Origin: Promethearchaeota archaeon
GTDB taxonomy: Archaea > Asgardarchaeota > Lokiarchaeia > Sigyniarchaeales > SOKP01
Direction of reading: 5' to 3'
Assembly (NCBI GenBank): GCA_030603385.1
Contig: JAUVXW010000010.1
Location: forward strand, 34,737 to 98,736
DNA length: 64,000 nucleotides
The position numbers were made by a program, and so were the translations under genes. The notes beneath the pieces were generated by a model that was not told the DNA's origin, made no database searches, and worked only from the letters and a program-made list of their open reading frames with translations. Positions 9,499 to 18,066 of the stretch are shown here, piece after piece; positions within the stretch are counted from its first letter, which is position 1, and the number at the start of each line of letters is the position of its first letter.

Positions 9499-11079
9499 TT
9501 AATTATGGTTTATTTCTTCTCCATATCCTATTAAGCGATAACGTCTATTAATTATACGAGAAATGGCATAAATGAAATTTTTGGGGGGGCATATTGGTGG
9601 GGAAAGTTTTATTATAGTAGAGTTTTTTAATATTTTTGTTACAGTTCCTCCAGTCTTTTCTGTACCAACAACTAATAACAATTTCTCACCATGTTTGAGT
9701 GGTTGAACCTTCATTTGAACTTCAGAACCAATCACTCGGTCTAAAAGATGGACGTCTAACTCGACTTCTGTTAATATTTCTGGAAGAGTTCCAGGTCCTC
9801 CAACTAGATGTCCAATTAGATGATCACCTTTGGTTAAAGCAGGATCTAATTTTGTCCCTAAACCAATTAATCCACCAGGTTTAGCAGTTTTTAAAAGATT
9901 ACTTCCTTGACTAATACTTACTACCATCGATTTTATTGGCATGTATTTATCCTTAATACGAATACCAGGTTTAATTTCGATTTGATCTCCAACCTCAATT
10001 TTTCCTTTTAATACGGAACCCCCTATTACACCGCCTTTTAAATCGATAATCTCTTTCCCAGGTCGATTGATATCAAATGATCTTGCTACTAAAAATTGAA
10101 ATGATTTTTCTTCTTTAAACTCTGGAGTCGGGATTATTTCTTCAAAAGCTTTCACAACAAGATCCAAATTCGCCTCAAAAACTGCCGATACAGGTATAAT
10201 TGGGGCATTCTCAGCAACAGTACCTTTAACAAATTCTTTAATCTGTTGGTAATTCTCTAAAACTTGTTCTCGAGAAACAGCATCAATTTTATTTTGTAAT
10301 ATTATAATATTTTTAATCCCTGCTATGTTTAAAGCAGCTAAATGTTCCCGAGTTTGAGGTTGAGGACATTTCTCGTCAGCAGCAATTAAAAAACATGCCC
10401 CATCCATTAATGAGGCACCACTTAACATGGTTGCCATCAAAATCTCGTGGCCTGGGGCATCTACAAAAGAAATATTGCGCTTAAATTCTAAATTTCCATT
10501 GCATTTTGAACATGCAAATCGAGGTTGTCCTTTCGCTCTGTTTTTTTCTGCAAGGTGGGCTGTTGTATATTCATCGCATTTAGGACAATAAAGAATTGTA
10601 GCATTGGAATATCCTAATTTTATCGAAATGCCTCTTTCTTGCTCTTCAGAATGTCGATCAGTCCAATCTCCTGTTAAAGATTTAACCAGCGTGGTTTTAC
10701 CGTGGTCTACATGACCAACAAGGCCAATATTGCATTCTGCTTGTTGTTTAATTAATTCCTTTTTTATGGATCCTTTTACCTTAGAAACTTGTTTTGGTTT
10801 TGGTTTTGGTTTAGATTTAGATTTTGATGCTGTCTTTTCACCAGTTTTTTCTTTTATTGTTGCTGAAGATTTTATTTTTCCACCTATTTCTTCAAAAACC
10901 TTTTTAGCATTTGTAATAATTTTTTCTGCAGTTACTTTTCCCACGCCTTTTATTTTTAATTTTACTAAATCATCAGGTTCTACAGCAACCAGTTTTTCAA
11001 TTGAATCTATTCCTGCCGCTTTCATTTTTTCTGCGGTTGATTTGCCAATTCCCGAGATATCTTCTAATTCATAGGACAT
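9499..11079 (-). CDS. eif2g: Translation initiation factor aIF-2/eIF2 gamma with N-terminal helix-hairpin-helix extension
   Basis: QAECNIGLVGHVDHGKTT, RGISIKLGY, Zn knuckle, DAPGHE, NKID, RSFDINRPG, RYRLIGYG; N-terminus LEDISGIGKSTAEKM...IKGVGKVTAEKI. Confidence 0.95.
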   Translation of the reverse strand: MSYELEDISGIGKSTAEKMKAAGIDSIEKLVAVEPDDLVKLKIKGVGKVTAEKIITNAKKVFEEIGGKIKSSATIKEKTGEKTASKSKSKPKPKPKQVSKVKGSIKKELIKQQAECNIGLVGHVDHGKTTLVKSLTGDWTDRHSEEQERGISIKLGYSNATILYCPKCDEYTTAHLAEKNRAKGQPRFACSKCNGNLEFKRNISFVDAPGHEILMATMLSGASLMDGACFLIAADEKCPQPQTREHLAALNIAGIKNIIILQNKIDAVSREQVLENYQQIKEFVKGTVAENAPIIPVSAVFEANLDLVVKAFEEIIPTPEFKEEKSFQFLVARSFDINRPGKEIIDLKGGVIGGSVLKGKIEVGDQIEIKPGIRIKDKYMPIKSMVVSISQGSNLLKTAKPGGLIGLGTKLDPALTKGDHLIGHLVGGPGTLPEILTEVELDVHLLDRVIGSEVQMKVQPLKHGEKLLLVVGTEKTGGTVTKILKNSTIIKLSPPICPPKNFIYAISRIINRRYRLIGYGEEINHN

Positions 11080-11205
11080 GTTAGTATAAAATTTAGGTAT
11101 TATAACTGCTGTATAAATATTTCCCTATGAAACATTAAGCAAAGATTTTTTATTAAATTAATCAATAAACCTATTTCTTTTAAAAAAAATTGCTTAAAAA
11201 ATCTT

Positions 11206-11424
11206 TTATTTGGTCTGAATTGTTGTTATACCACCAGGTTTTTTTTCGAGCTCTTTGTAAGATATTCTCAATAGGCTATCTACATAGAAAGTAGATAATT
11301 TGGTACAAGATTTACAGATGATATAAACTGGAGAAGGATAATGGCTAGAATCAATATCATCTATTTCAATTTTAAATATAATTTTCGAATTACAATGTGG
11401 ACATGTGTTAAACCGAAGAGGCAT
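11206..11424 (-). CDS. Small zinc-ribbon protein
   Basis: CPHC...CKSC. Confidence 0.6.
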   Translation of the reverse strand: MPLRFNTCPHCNSKIIFKIEIDDIDSSHYPSPVYIICKSCTKLSTFYVDSLLRISYKELEKKPGGITTIQTK

Positions 11425-11527
11425 AATAGTAATAATCCAACAATTTATTTTTATAATAAATAGATTCTTATTTCTATTTTATTATTTCTAAAATTAAATA
11501 AATAATAACAATTTTTATTGATACTAT

Positions 11528-13657
11528 ATGGTAGAGTTTTCGTCAAAGAGGTTAGGGTCATTTTCATTTATTTTAATAATAATTACCCTAGTATTGGGTG
11601 TTTTCTTTATCAATCCTTACGCACATTTAAAAAAATTGAATTACTCAGAAATTACTCTGTCTACTAATGGGTATTCTGAAGTTGATTTATCATTTATACC
11701 CGAAATTGATTATGACTCATTAAATGACTCTTGGTATAACCCAAAAGTTAACATGTTAATTATCACTAAAAATGATTCTAATTTTGTCAATGCCCTAAAA
11801 CCTTTGATGGATTGGAAAAATGAGAAGGGTGTTAAAACGATTATATTAAGCAATTTTTCTGCTTATGGAGGGATAGACGATGCAGAGCGTATCCGAAACA
11901 TGATAAAAGCTTATTATGAAAATGAAAATATACAGTGGGTACTGTTGGCGGGAGATGCTCAAGATGATTTAATCCCCATTAGAAATGTATATAATCCTGA
12001 TGTATATCGTGTGACCGAGGGAATTAGATCTGAAACTGTCGGTGGAGAATTTTATAAGCCAACAGACTTTTATTATGCAGATCTTACTGGTATTTGGGAT
12101 AGTGATGGGGATGGAAATTGGGGAGAAGCTCCTCAAGACAATTCTTTTGGATTTGACGAAATCTCATGGATACCAGAAGTATATGTCGGAAGACTTCCCG
12201 CAAATGATGCATATGAGTTGGGAATTATGGTAAATAAAACATTAAAATATGAAAAAGACCCAGAAATTGGCGATTGGATGAACAGAATGTTATTAGCAGG
12301 GGGAATATCCGATTTCCCCGTTGGTAGTGACACTGATGGGGAATATGAAAGTGTTTTAACAGACTATATAATTCAAAATTATGCAAAATCAATTGTAAAT
12401 TATACCCATTTAATCAGAGAAGAGGGAAATCTTACTCAACCAATTCTCAATTATTATTTTAATAGTGGATATTCAACAGTTATTATGGCGGGTCATGGAG
12501 ATCCCACAACATATTATATAAGCGGGTCTACTCCGGGATATACTTCTAATGATGCTAAATCATGTTCAAATACTCACATGCCTTCTTTAGTTTATCTTGA
12601 CACTTGTTCGACGTCTAGTTATGATTATAATGATAACAGCATAGGAGAAATCCTAATAAACAGGAAGGATGCAGGTGCTATAGGAGTAATTGGGGGATTA
12701 AGAGTTACCTGGTATTATACAAATGATGAAAATCTTGAGAAATTAAATCGTGGAAATGCAAAATTATTTTGGGAAGAGTTTTTCGAACAAAAGAAATTTC
12801 AACAAGGACGGGCATTATACGATTCTAAAGTTGCGTATATAAACAGTGATTATTATACTAAAGGTTCTGGTTCAACAATTTATGATTTTGAACGCAAAAA
12901 TATTCTAACATATAACCTTTTAGGGGATCCAGAAGTTGATATTTACACAAATAACCCGAAAAACGCTATAAATCCATTTAACGAAATTTATTATGAGGGA
13001 GAATTCATATCTGTCATAATCAAAGATCTTAATAACTCAATAGTTCCATATGCGAGAGTTCATTTTAAAACTTCTGATGGTAAATATTATACTACATATG
13101 CGGATATTAATGGGATTGCTAAATTCCGATTACCTAAACAGGTCAGCGAAGTGTATAATGTAACAATAACAGGTCATAACTTAATCCCTTCATACTTCAA
13201 TTTTACCACTTCTATAGATAGTGTTAAACCAGGGTTTCATGAAATTTCTTATCTACCAAAAAATCCGTCAACTGCAAATGTAATATCTTTTAATGTAGAG
13301 GTTTTTGATAATCGCTCGGGAATAGAAAGTGTATATTTATTCATTTCTAATAACAATTTCAAAGATTATACCTATTTTACATCATCAAATGGTTTTTTAG
13401 ATAATGAAAGTGTTTTCACATTTAATGTAGATAGATTACATCCAGGTGAATATTCTTATTTTATTTTCGTCAGAGATTATGCAAACAATACAGACGTTTT
13501 TAATTACGAAATATTCAGATTTACTATTCCGAAACCTATCATTGATTATATACTTCCTGTTTCTTTAATTGTGATTATTGGAATTGCTGGAGTTTCTGCT
13601 TTTACAATTTACAAAGGAATAAAAAAGTATTCACGAGTAATTGAGAAATTAGAATAA
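11528..13657 (+). CDS. Peptidase C25 (gingipain-like) membrane-anchored cysteine protease
   Basis: WVLLAGD, TDFYYADL, VGRLP, catalytic GHG and TCS, YNLLGDP; N- and C-terminal TM helices. Confidence 0.9.
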   Translation: MVEFSSKRLGSFSFILIIITLVLGVFFINPYAHLKKLNYSEITLSTNGYSEVDLSFIPEIDYDSLNDSWYNPKVNMLIITKNDSNFVNALKPLMDWKNEKGVKTIILSNFSAYGGIDDAERIRNMIKAYYENENIQWVLLAGDAQDDLIPIRNVYNPDVYRVTEGIRSETVGGEFYKPTDFYYADLTGIWDSDGDGNWGEAPQDNSFGFDEISWIPEVYVGRLPANDAYELGIMVNKTLKYEKDPEIGDWMNRMLLAGGISDFPVGSDTDGEYESVLTDYIIQNYAKSIVNYTHLIREEGNLTQPILNYYFNSGYSTVIMAGHGDPTTYYISGSTPGYTSNDAKSCSNTHMPSLVYLDTCSTSSYDYNDNSIGEILINRKDAGAIGVIGGLRVTWYYTNDENLEKLNRGNAKLFWEEFFEQKKFQQGRALYDSKVAYINSDYYTKGSGSTIYDFERKNILTYNLLGDPEVDIYTNNPKNAINPFNEIYYEGEFISVIIKDLNNSIVPYARVHFKTSDGKYYTTYADINGIAKFRLPKQVSEVYNVTITGHNLIPSYFNFTTSIDSVKPGFHEISYLPKNPSTANVISFNVEVFDNRSGIESVYLFISNNNFKDYTYFTSSNGFLDNESVFTFNVDRLHPGEYSYFIFVRDYANNTDVFNYEIFRFTIPKPIIDYILPVSLIVIIGIAGVSAFTIYKGIKKYSRVIEKLE

Positions 13658-13668
13658 AATATTTTGTA

Positions 13669-14232
13669 TTAATCTAAATCATTATCTTCCAGAGGTTCAC
13701 TTTTTTTCAAATTAAGAAGATAAGAAATTGAGCTAATTGCCCCAAAGATTCCTTGTATGATTAAGGCTAAACAAATCAAAAATACAGCCAATAAATCATT
13801 GTATATAAACAAGAAAATAATTATAAAAATCCCTGCTAATGAAAATTTTATGATATATGAAATTTCGCTGAATAGGATTTTCCATACAGTAGATTTCTTT
13901 ACTCGAGACTCTAATTCTTTATGATATTTTGCTTCTCCAGCTTCTTTTATATACCAACTACCTTCTATATTATTGGCAAAAAGGAATACACTCCACCATA
14001 AAATAAAGAAGCTGAGATAGAAGTCTAATGCCCCTAAAACTACTAGGGGTATCTGCATTAAAACCATTCCTTTCCATCCAATACGTTTAGCCAATTTATT
14101 TGTCTCTAATTTTAATTCTTTCGACACATACCGCGTACTAAGTAAATCAAGTAATCGCCCTATAATTGTAATTAAAATATTTATTAAATACTGGTACCAC
14201 TGAACTTCTTGGAGGATTAATTGAAATATCAT
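13669..14232 (-). CDS. Integral membrane protein
   Basis: Four to five hydrophobic helices; LDLLST...LETN motif. Confidence 0.65.
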   Translation of the reverse strand: MIFQLILQEVQWYQYLINILITIIGRLLDLLSTRYVSKELKLETNKLAKRIGWKGMVLMQIPLVVLGALDFYLSFFILWWSVFLFANNIEGSWYIKEAGEAKYHKELESRVKKSTVWKILFSEISYIIKFSLAGIFIIIFLFIYNDLLAVFLICLALIIQGIFGAISSISYLLNLKKSEPLEDNDLD

Positions 14233-14430
14233 ATTCTAGAGCTTATCTTAGTTTACTCCTTTTAAATTTTGCCTTTTTCTATGAAAAAGTTTAATTACTA
14301 GTCTTTATTATTTCTCCTTACTCATTACCTAATAAGAAGGTATTTACGTTGTAAATAACCGTACTTATTAAATGGTAAACCCGTGGTTTTAAAACCACAT
14401 AAATGTACAACATTCAGTAAAGCGCCGGAA

Positions 14431-14582
14431 GTTAAACTATTAAGCGTTGCAGGATAGTACTGCAGTAAATAGTCTGTGGGAAACCTCAAACTGTAAGTTC
14501 GCTTACGGTCATGGTTTATAAGGATAATACCCGGTCCCATCTGAAAATCCAGCTTGAATCAAGGTGGATCGGGAACCCGGAA
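14431..14582 (+). rRNA. rrf: 5S rRNA, circularly permuted and intron-containing (exons in mature order: 14502-14545, 14576-14582, 14431-14497)
   Basis: 3'-half hallmarks (GUUAA...AGCGUU...AGUACUG...UGGGAAACC) lie upstream of 5'-half hallmarks (ACGGUCAU...ACCCGGUCCCAUC...GAACCCGGAA). Helix I ACUGUAAG/CUUACGGU is closed by UUCG; helix IV CUGCAG/CUGUGG and loop E AGUA/GAA are intact. Confidence 0.88.
14546..14575 (+). other. 30-nt BHB/BHL-type intron in loop C of the 5S rRNA
   Basis: Central helix UCUG/CGGG, 3-nt bulges AAA and AAC, intron hairpin AUCCA-G-CUUG/CAAG-G-UGGAU; excision restores UCCCAUCUGAAC. Confidence 0.75.
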
Positions 14583-14704
14583 ACGCTTATTTATGTGGTT
14601 AAACCTAATTTACTTCCCTTAAAGATATTAGATTTTGTTTAAAAATAATTTTTTTATGTGATCAATTATAAGTATATCATAATTAACAGTGGTAAATTGG
14701 AAAA

Positions 14705-15247
14705 ATGCCAAAAAAATATATAGTTGTTTTTAAAAGTATTGGACGAAGATGGTTCTTAATCCTTGTAATAATAATTATTATTATAGCAATTTTTAATCCA
14801 ATTGCAGCAATTTGGATGGCTGGAATAACATTAGTGATGTTTTTACTATCATATATTCCAAGACTCTTTTTCAAAAATAAACTCCACAGATTTATGAAAA
14901 AATTTTACAAGATCGAAGATGAATTGATTGCTAGAAAGCTTAAAAAACCTATTAAGAAAATCAGAGATGAGATGTTTGAATTATCTCAAAATCAAGAGAA
15001 AAAAAAAATGTTGATAGTATTTTTAAACAAACAGTACGTCTGTTACCATCAAGATACCATTAAAGCATTCAAGGAAGTTTACAATGAAGGTTATAGTGAA
15101 AAGGAAATGCTTGATAATTTGAAAAATTATAAAATTAATACTAGGCTAGAAATTAAAGCAATTCAAGACACTTTAATCAAACTTGATAGACTTAGTGAAC
15201 GGGAAATTTCCGTAAAAGAGCATAAAGAAAAACAAAGATTTGCATAA
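14705..15247 (+). CDS. Hypothetical membrane protein
   Basis: Two N-terminal TM helices, basic cytoplasmic domain. Confidence 0.65.
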   Translation: MPKKYIVVFKSIGRRWFLILVIIIIIIAIFNPIAAIWMAGITLVMFLLSYIPRLFFKNKLHRFMKKFYKIEDELIARKLKKPIKKIRDEMFELSQNQEKKKMLIVFLNKQYVCYHQDTIKAFKEVYNEGYSEKEMLDNLKNYKINTRLEIKAIQDTLIKLDRLSEREISVKEHKEKQRFA

Positions 15248-15264
15248 AGTATTGAGATAGAAAC

Positions 15265-15738
15265 TTACCTTCTCCTTCTTCCTCTTTTTATTGCTGAAAA
15301 TTCAAGAATAATTCCTAATAGGGCTTCAGTGTCCATATATACATATTTTAATCCCACTATTTTACCACTTTGTGAAACATCAATGCCCTCTTCCTTAAAT
15401 TTGTCAATAATTGCTTGGAGATCACTAACGTCATAGCGAACATGATGTAAACCTTCCTTTCCCTGATCTAAAAACTCTTTGTGAATACATTCTCCACTTT
15501 CATATTGTATTAATTCAACCTCAACGTTTTCAAAAAGCCGGCTAAATGCTCCATACGCAGTCCATTTTGTCTCCTTCCCGTGATAATTTATTTCCATTTC
15601 AAGAGGACCAAGTATATTGAATTTGGAGATTCCAAAGAAAGTTTCCATTATTTTTGCTTGTTTTTTAATATCCTTATACACATAACCCAATTGGTCTACT
15701 TTAAAATTACTCAAATCAATAGGTATATTATTTTCCAT
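15265..15738 (-). CDS. VOC/glyoxalase family protein (methylmalonyl-CoA epimerase-like)
   Basis: VDQLGYVYKD, VELIQ, GKEGLHHV, YMDT...GIILEF. Confidence 0.85.
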   Translation of the reverse strand: MENNIPIDLSNFKVDQLGYVYKDIKKQAKIMETFFGISKFNILGPLEMEINYHGKETKWTAYGAFSRLFENVEVELIQYESGECIHKEFLDQGKEGLHHVRYDVSDLQAIIDKFKEEGIDVSQSGKIVGLKYVYMDTEALLGIILEFSAIKRGRRRR

Positions 15739-15849
15739 ATTAAATCAAAATAAAATTTAGTTTGTTATACATATTGATATTAATGCTATTTATAGATTTA
15801 CTATCTCCTATTCATGAAAGAAGATAATCTAAAAAAAAAAGATTTGAAT

Positions 15850-16143
15850 TTAGTCTATATCTCCAAATTTCAAATCAAAATTAAAATATTTCCTAACTGG
15901 TTTTTTCACATTCCAAACGCATTTTAATCCTTTTTCAAATTGAACTAGATCGCCCTTAGAAAATTGAATCTTCTCATTTGTTTCTGGATCAGTTACTTCT
16001 ACTTCACCTTCAAGTATATAACACGTTTCTGTATCCCCATAAGACCAATCAAATTCACTCACTTCCTTGCTCCAAGTACCCCATGATTCTACTTCTAATC
16101 TTTTCAAATCAGCTTCTGTAGGTATTTTCTTTTTCATTTTCAT
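15850..16143 (-). CDS. Cupin (DUF861/EutQ-like)
   Basis: WGTWSKEVSEFDWSY...ETCYILEGEVEV...GDLVQF..GLKCVWNV. Confidence 0.85.
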   Translation of the reverse strand: MKMKKKIPTEADLKRLEVESWGTWSKEVSEFDWSYGDTETCYILEGEVEVTDPETNEKIQFSKGDLVQFEKGLKCVWNVKKPVRKYFNFDLKFGDID

Positions 16144-16424
16144 TTTTAAATCACATTTTTAAAAGAGACTGGTAGAAAATATTATTCCTATATTAATAAA
16201 ATTTATTTTGAAATTGTTTATTATTGAATTATATTTAGAAAAAAGGATAAAAATCAAAAATAAAAGAATATTTTTAAAATTAATTTTTAAATTTTCGATT
16301 AACTAAAGAATATTAATTCGTAAAGAGATTATAATTATAATAAAAAAAGTTTAATCTATTCAAGAACCTCTAAAAGATTAACTTTTTAAAAATTTCGTCC
16401 AACAAATAAAGAGAGATTGTAAGA

Positions 16425-16946
16425 ATGCCACAGAAGTTCATACTAAAAATCTTAACAGCCGGGGAAGGGGGAGTTGGAAAAACAACGCTCCTACATAGGT
16501 ATGTGGAGGGGAAATTCTCAGCAGATACTCGAATGACGATAGGTGTCGAATTTTTTTTGAAAGAGACGGAGATCAATGGGAATCAATGCACCCTGCAGCT
16601 CTGGGATTTTGGAAGTCAAGAAAGGTTTAGATTTTTGCTTGAAAGCTATGTTCTAGGTGCAAAAGGTGCAATGCTTATGTTCGACCTCACACGTATGTCA
16701 TCACTTGGAAACCTTGAACAGTGGCTTAACATCGTTCGCAAGGGAGATCCAAATCTTCCAATTCTTTTCCTTGGTACTAAATTAGATTTGGAGGATGAAA
16801 TTCAAGTAGATGATGATTATGCCCAGTCATTTCTTAATGAATACAATTTAATTGACTTTCTTAAAATCTCATCAAAAACGGGTGAAAATGTAAGTCAAGC
16901 ATTTGAATTATTAACACAAAAAATCTTAGAGCGACAGACTTATTGA
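16425..16946 (+). CDS. Rab-like small GTPase
   Basis: G1 GEGGVGKT, G2 TIGVEF, G3 WDFGSQ, G4 TKLD, G5 ISSK. Confidence 0.92.
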   Translation: MPQKFILKILTAGEGGVGKTTLLHRYVEGKFSADTRMTIGVEFFLKETEINGNQCTLQLWDFGSQERFRFLLESYVLGAKGAMLMFDLTRMSSLGNLEQWLNIVRKGDPNLPILFLGTKLDLEDEIQVDDDYAQSFLNEYNLIDFLKISSKTGENVSQAFELLTQKILERQTY

Positions 16947-17386
16947 AGTCTAATATTAACCTAATAGTAATTGATTCAAATTTCATTTTACTTCCTTTTC
17001 AGTTTAAAATTGATTATTTAAATGAGATAAGGAATAATTTAGAAGGAAACCTTAAGTTTGTAATTTTTCAACAAATTCTTAATGAACTTGAAGCAAAAAA
17101 GAAAAGGGAACCGAAATCAACAAAATTCATAAGGTTACTTAATTCTGGGTTATTGTATTTAGAAAAAAATAAAGGAAAGTATGAGATTGATATTGTTGAC
17201 GATATCAAACAAGAAAACGAAACAACAGATGATTATTTACTTAGAAAAATAACTGAACTAAGGGAAGAATTTCAAACAGTTTTTCTTGCCACAAACGATT
17301 CTGAATTACGTAGGAAAGCAAGACTTTCAAGTATAAATACTATTTTTCTTCGACAAAAAAAATACTTATCAATAGAAAGAGTTTAA
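16943..17386 (+). CDS. PIN-domain protein (Fcf1/Utp24-like)
   Basis: IVIDSNF, ILNEL, TDDYL, LATNDSELRRKA; 4-nt overlap with the GTPase gene. Confidence 0.85.
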   Translation: MKSNINLIVIDSNFILLPFQFKIDYLNEIRNNLEGNLKFVIFQQILNELEAKKKREPKSTKFIRLLNSGLLYLEKNKGKYEIDIVDDIKQENETTDDYLLRKITELREEFQTVFLATNDSELRRKARLSSINTIFLRQKKYLSIERV

Positions 17387-17540
17387 TAAAGTATTTAAGA
17401 AAAAATACTACACAAAAATTTTAATCTAAATTCTTTATATATTAATAAAACAATTTATAATATTTTAATCCCAGAATAATCCATTTATTAAATTTTAAAT
17501 ATTAAATAATTGCATTAAATCGTTAATATGGTGGTATAGG

Positions 17541-18050
17541 ATGTCCAAACTTCTTAAAATAATAACAGCCGGAGATGGAGGTGTAGGAAAAACAACACTC
17601 CTTTATCGATATGTGGAGAATAGATTCCTAGCAAACACCGCTATGACTCTAGGTGTAGAATTTTTCATCAAGGAAACTTATATTAAAGGAGAAACAATTA
17701 ATTTACAAGTTTGGGATTTTGGTGGACAAGATCATTTCAGACCTTTATTAAAAGATTATTCTGTCGGTGCTAAAGGTGCTCTTTTACTTTTTGACCTTAC
17801 GAGACCATCAAGCTTAGAAAATATTGAACAATGGGTTAATATTTGTAGAGGTGAAAATCCAGGAATCCCGATAATTTTCTTAGGTACTAAATGGGATTTG
17901 ACTGAATCAATTACTGTCGATGATAAATATGCGCGGAGTTTTCCAAAGGAGTATGGCTTTTTTAAATATTTAAAAATTTCTTCGAAAACTGGCGCAAACG
18001 TGAATTTGGCGTTTAGATTATTAGCAAAAGAAATTATTAAAAATCTTTAG
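17541..18050 (+). CDS. Rab-like small GTPase
   Basis: GDGGVGKT, TLGVEF, WDFGGQ, TKWD, ISSK; paralog of 16425. Confidence 0.92.
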   Translation: MSKLLKIITAGDGGVGKTTLLYRYVENRFLANTAMTLGVEFFIKETYIKGETINLQVWDFGGQDHFRPLLKDYSVGAKGALLLFDLTRPSSLENIEQWVNICRGENPGIPIIFLGTKWDLTESITVDDKYARSFPKEYGFFKYLKISSKTGANVNLAFRLLAKEIIKNL

Positions 18051-18066
18051 GAATTTATTTTTATAT

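Larger units (their letters stand above)
14393..14600 (+). other. Precursor processing stem around the permuted 5S rRNA
   Basis: Perfect 12-bp AACCACATAAAT (14393-14404)/ATTTATGTGGTT (14589-14600), plus AAGCG/CGCTT and CCGG/CCGG forming a BHB-like junction. Confidence 0.75.

Noticed and set aside
14325-14540. 71-aa minus-strand ORF in the ORF track
   Set aside because: It is the antisense shadow of the 5S rRNA locus and has no protein motifs.
14393-14600. Alternative identities for the structured RNA (group I intron core, SRP RNA, RNase P RNA, riboswitch)
   Set aside because: No SRP helix-8 motif, no RNase P GAGGAAAGUCC-type element and no coherent P4-P6 domain; 5S motifs explain the whole core.
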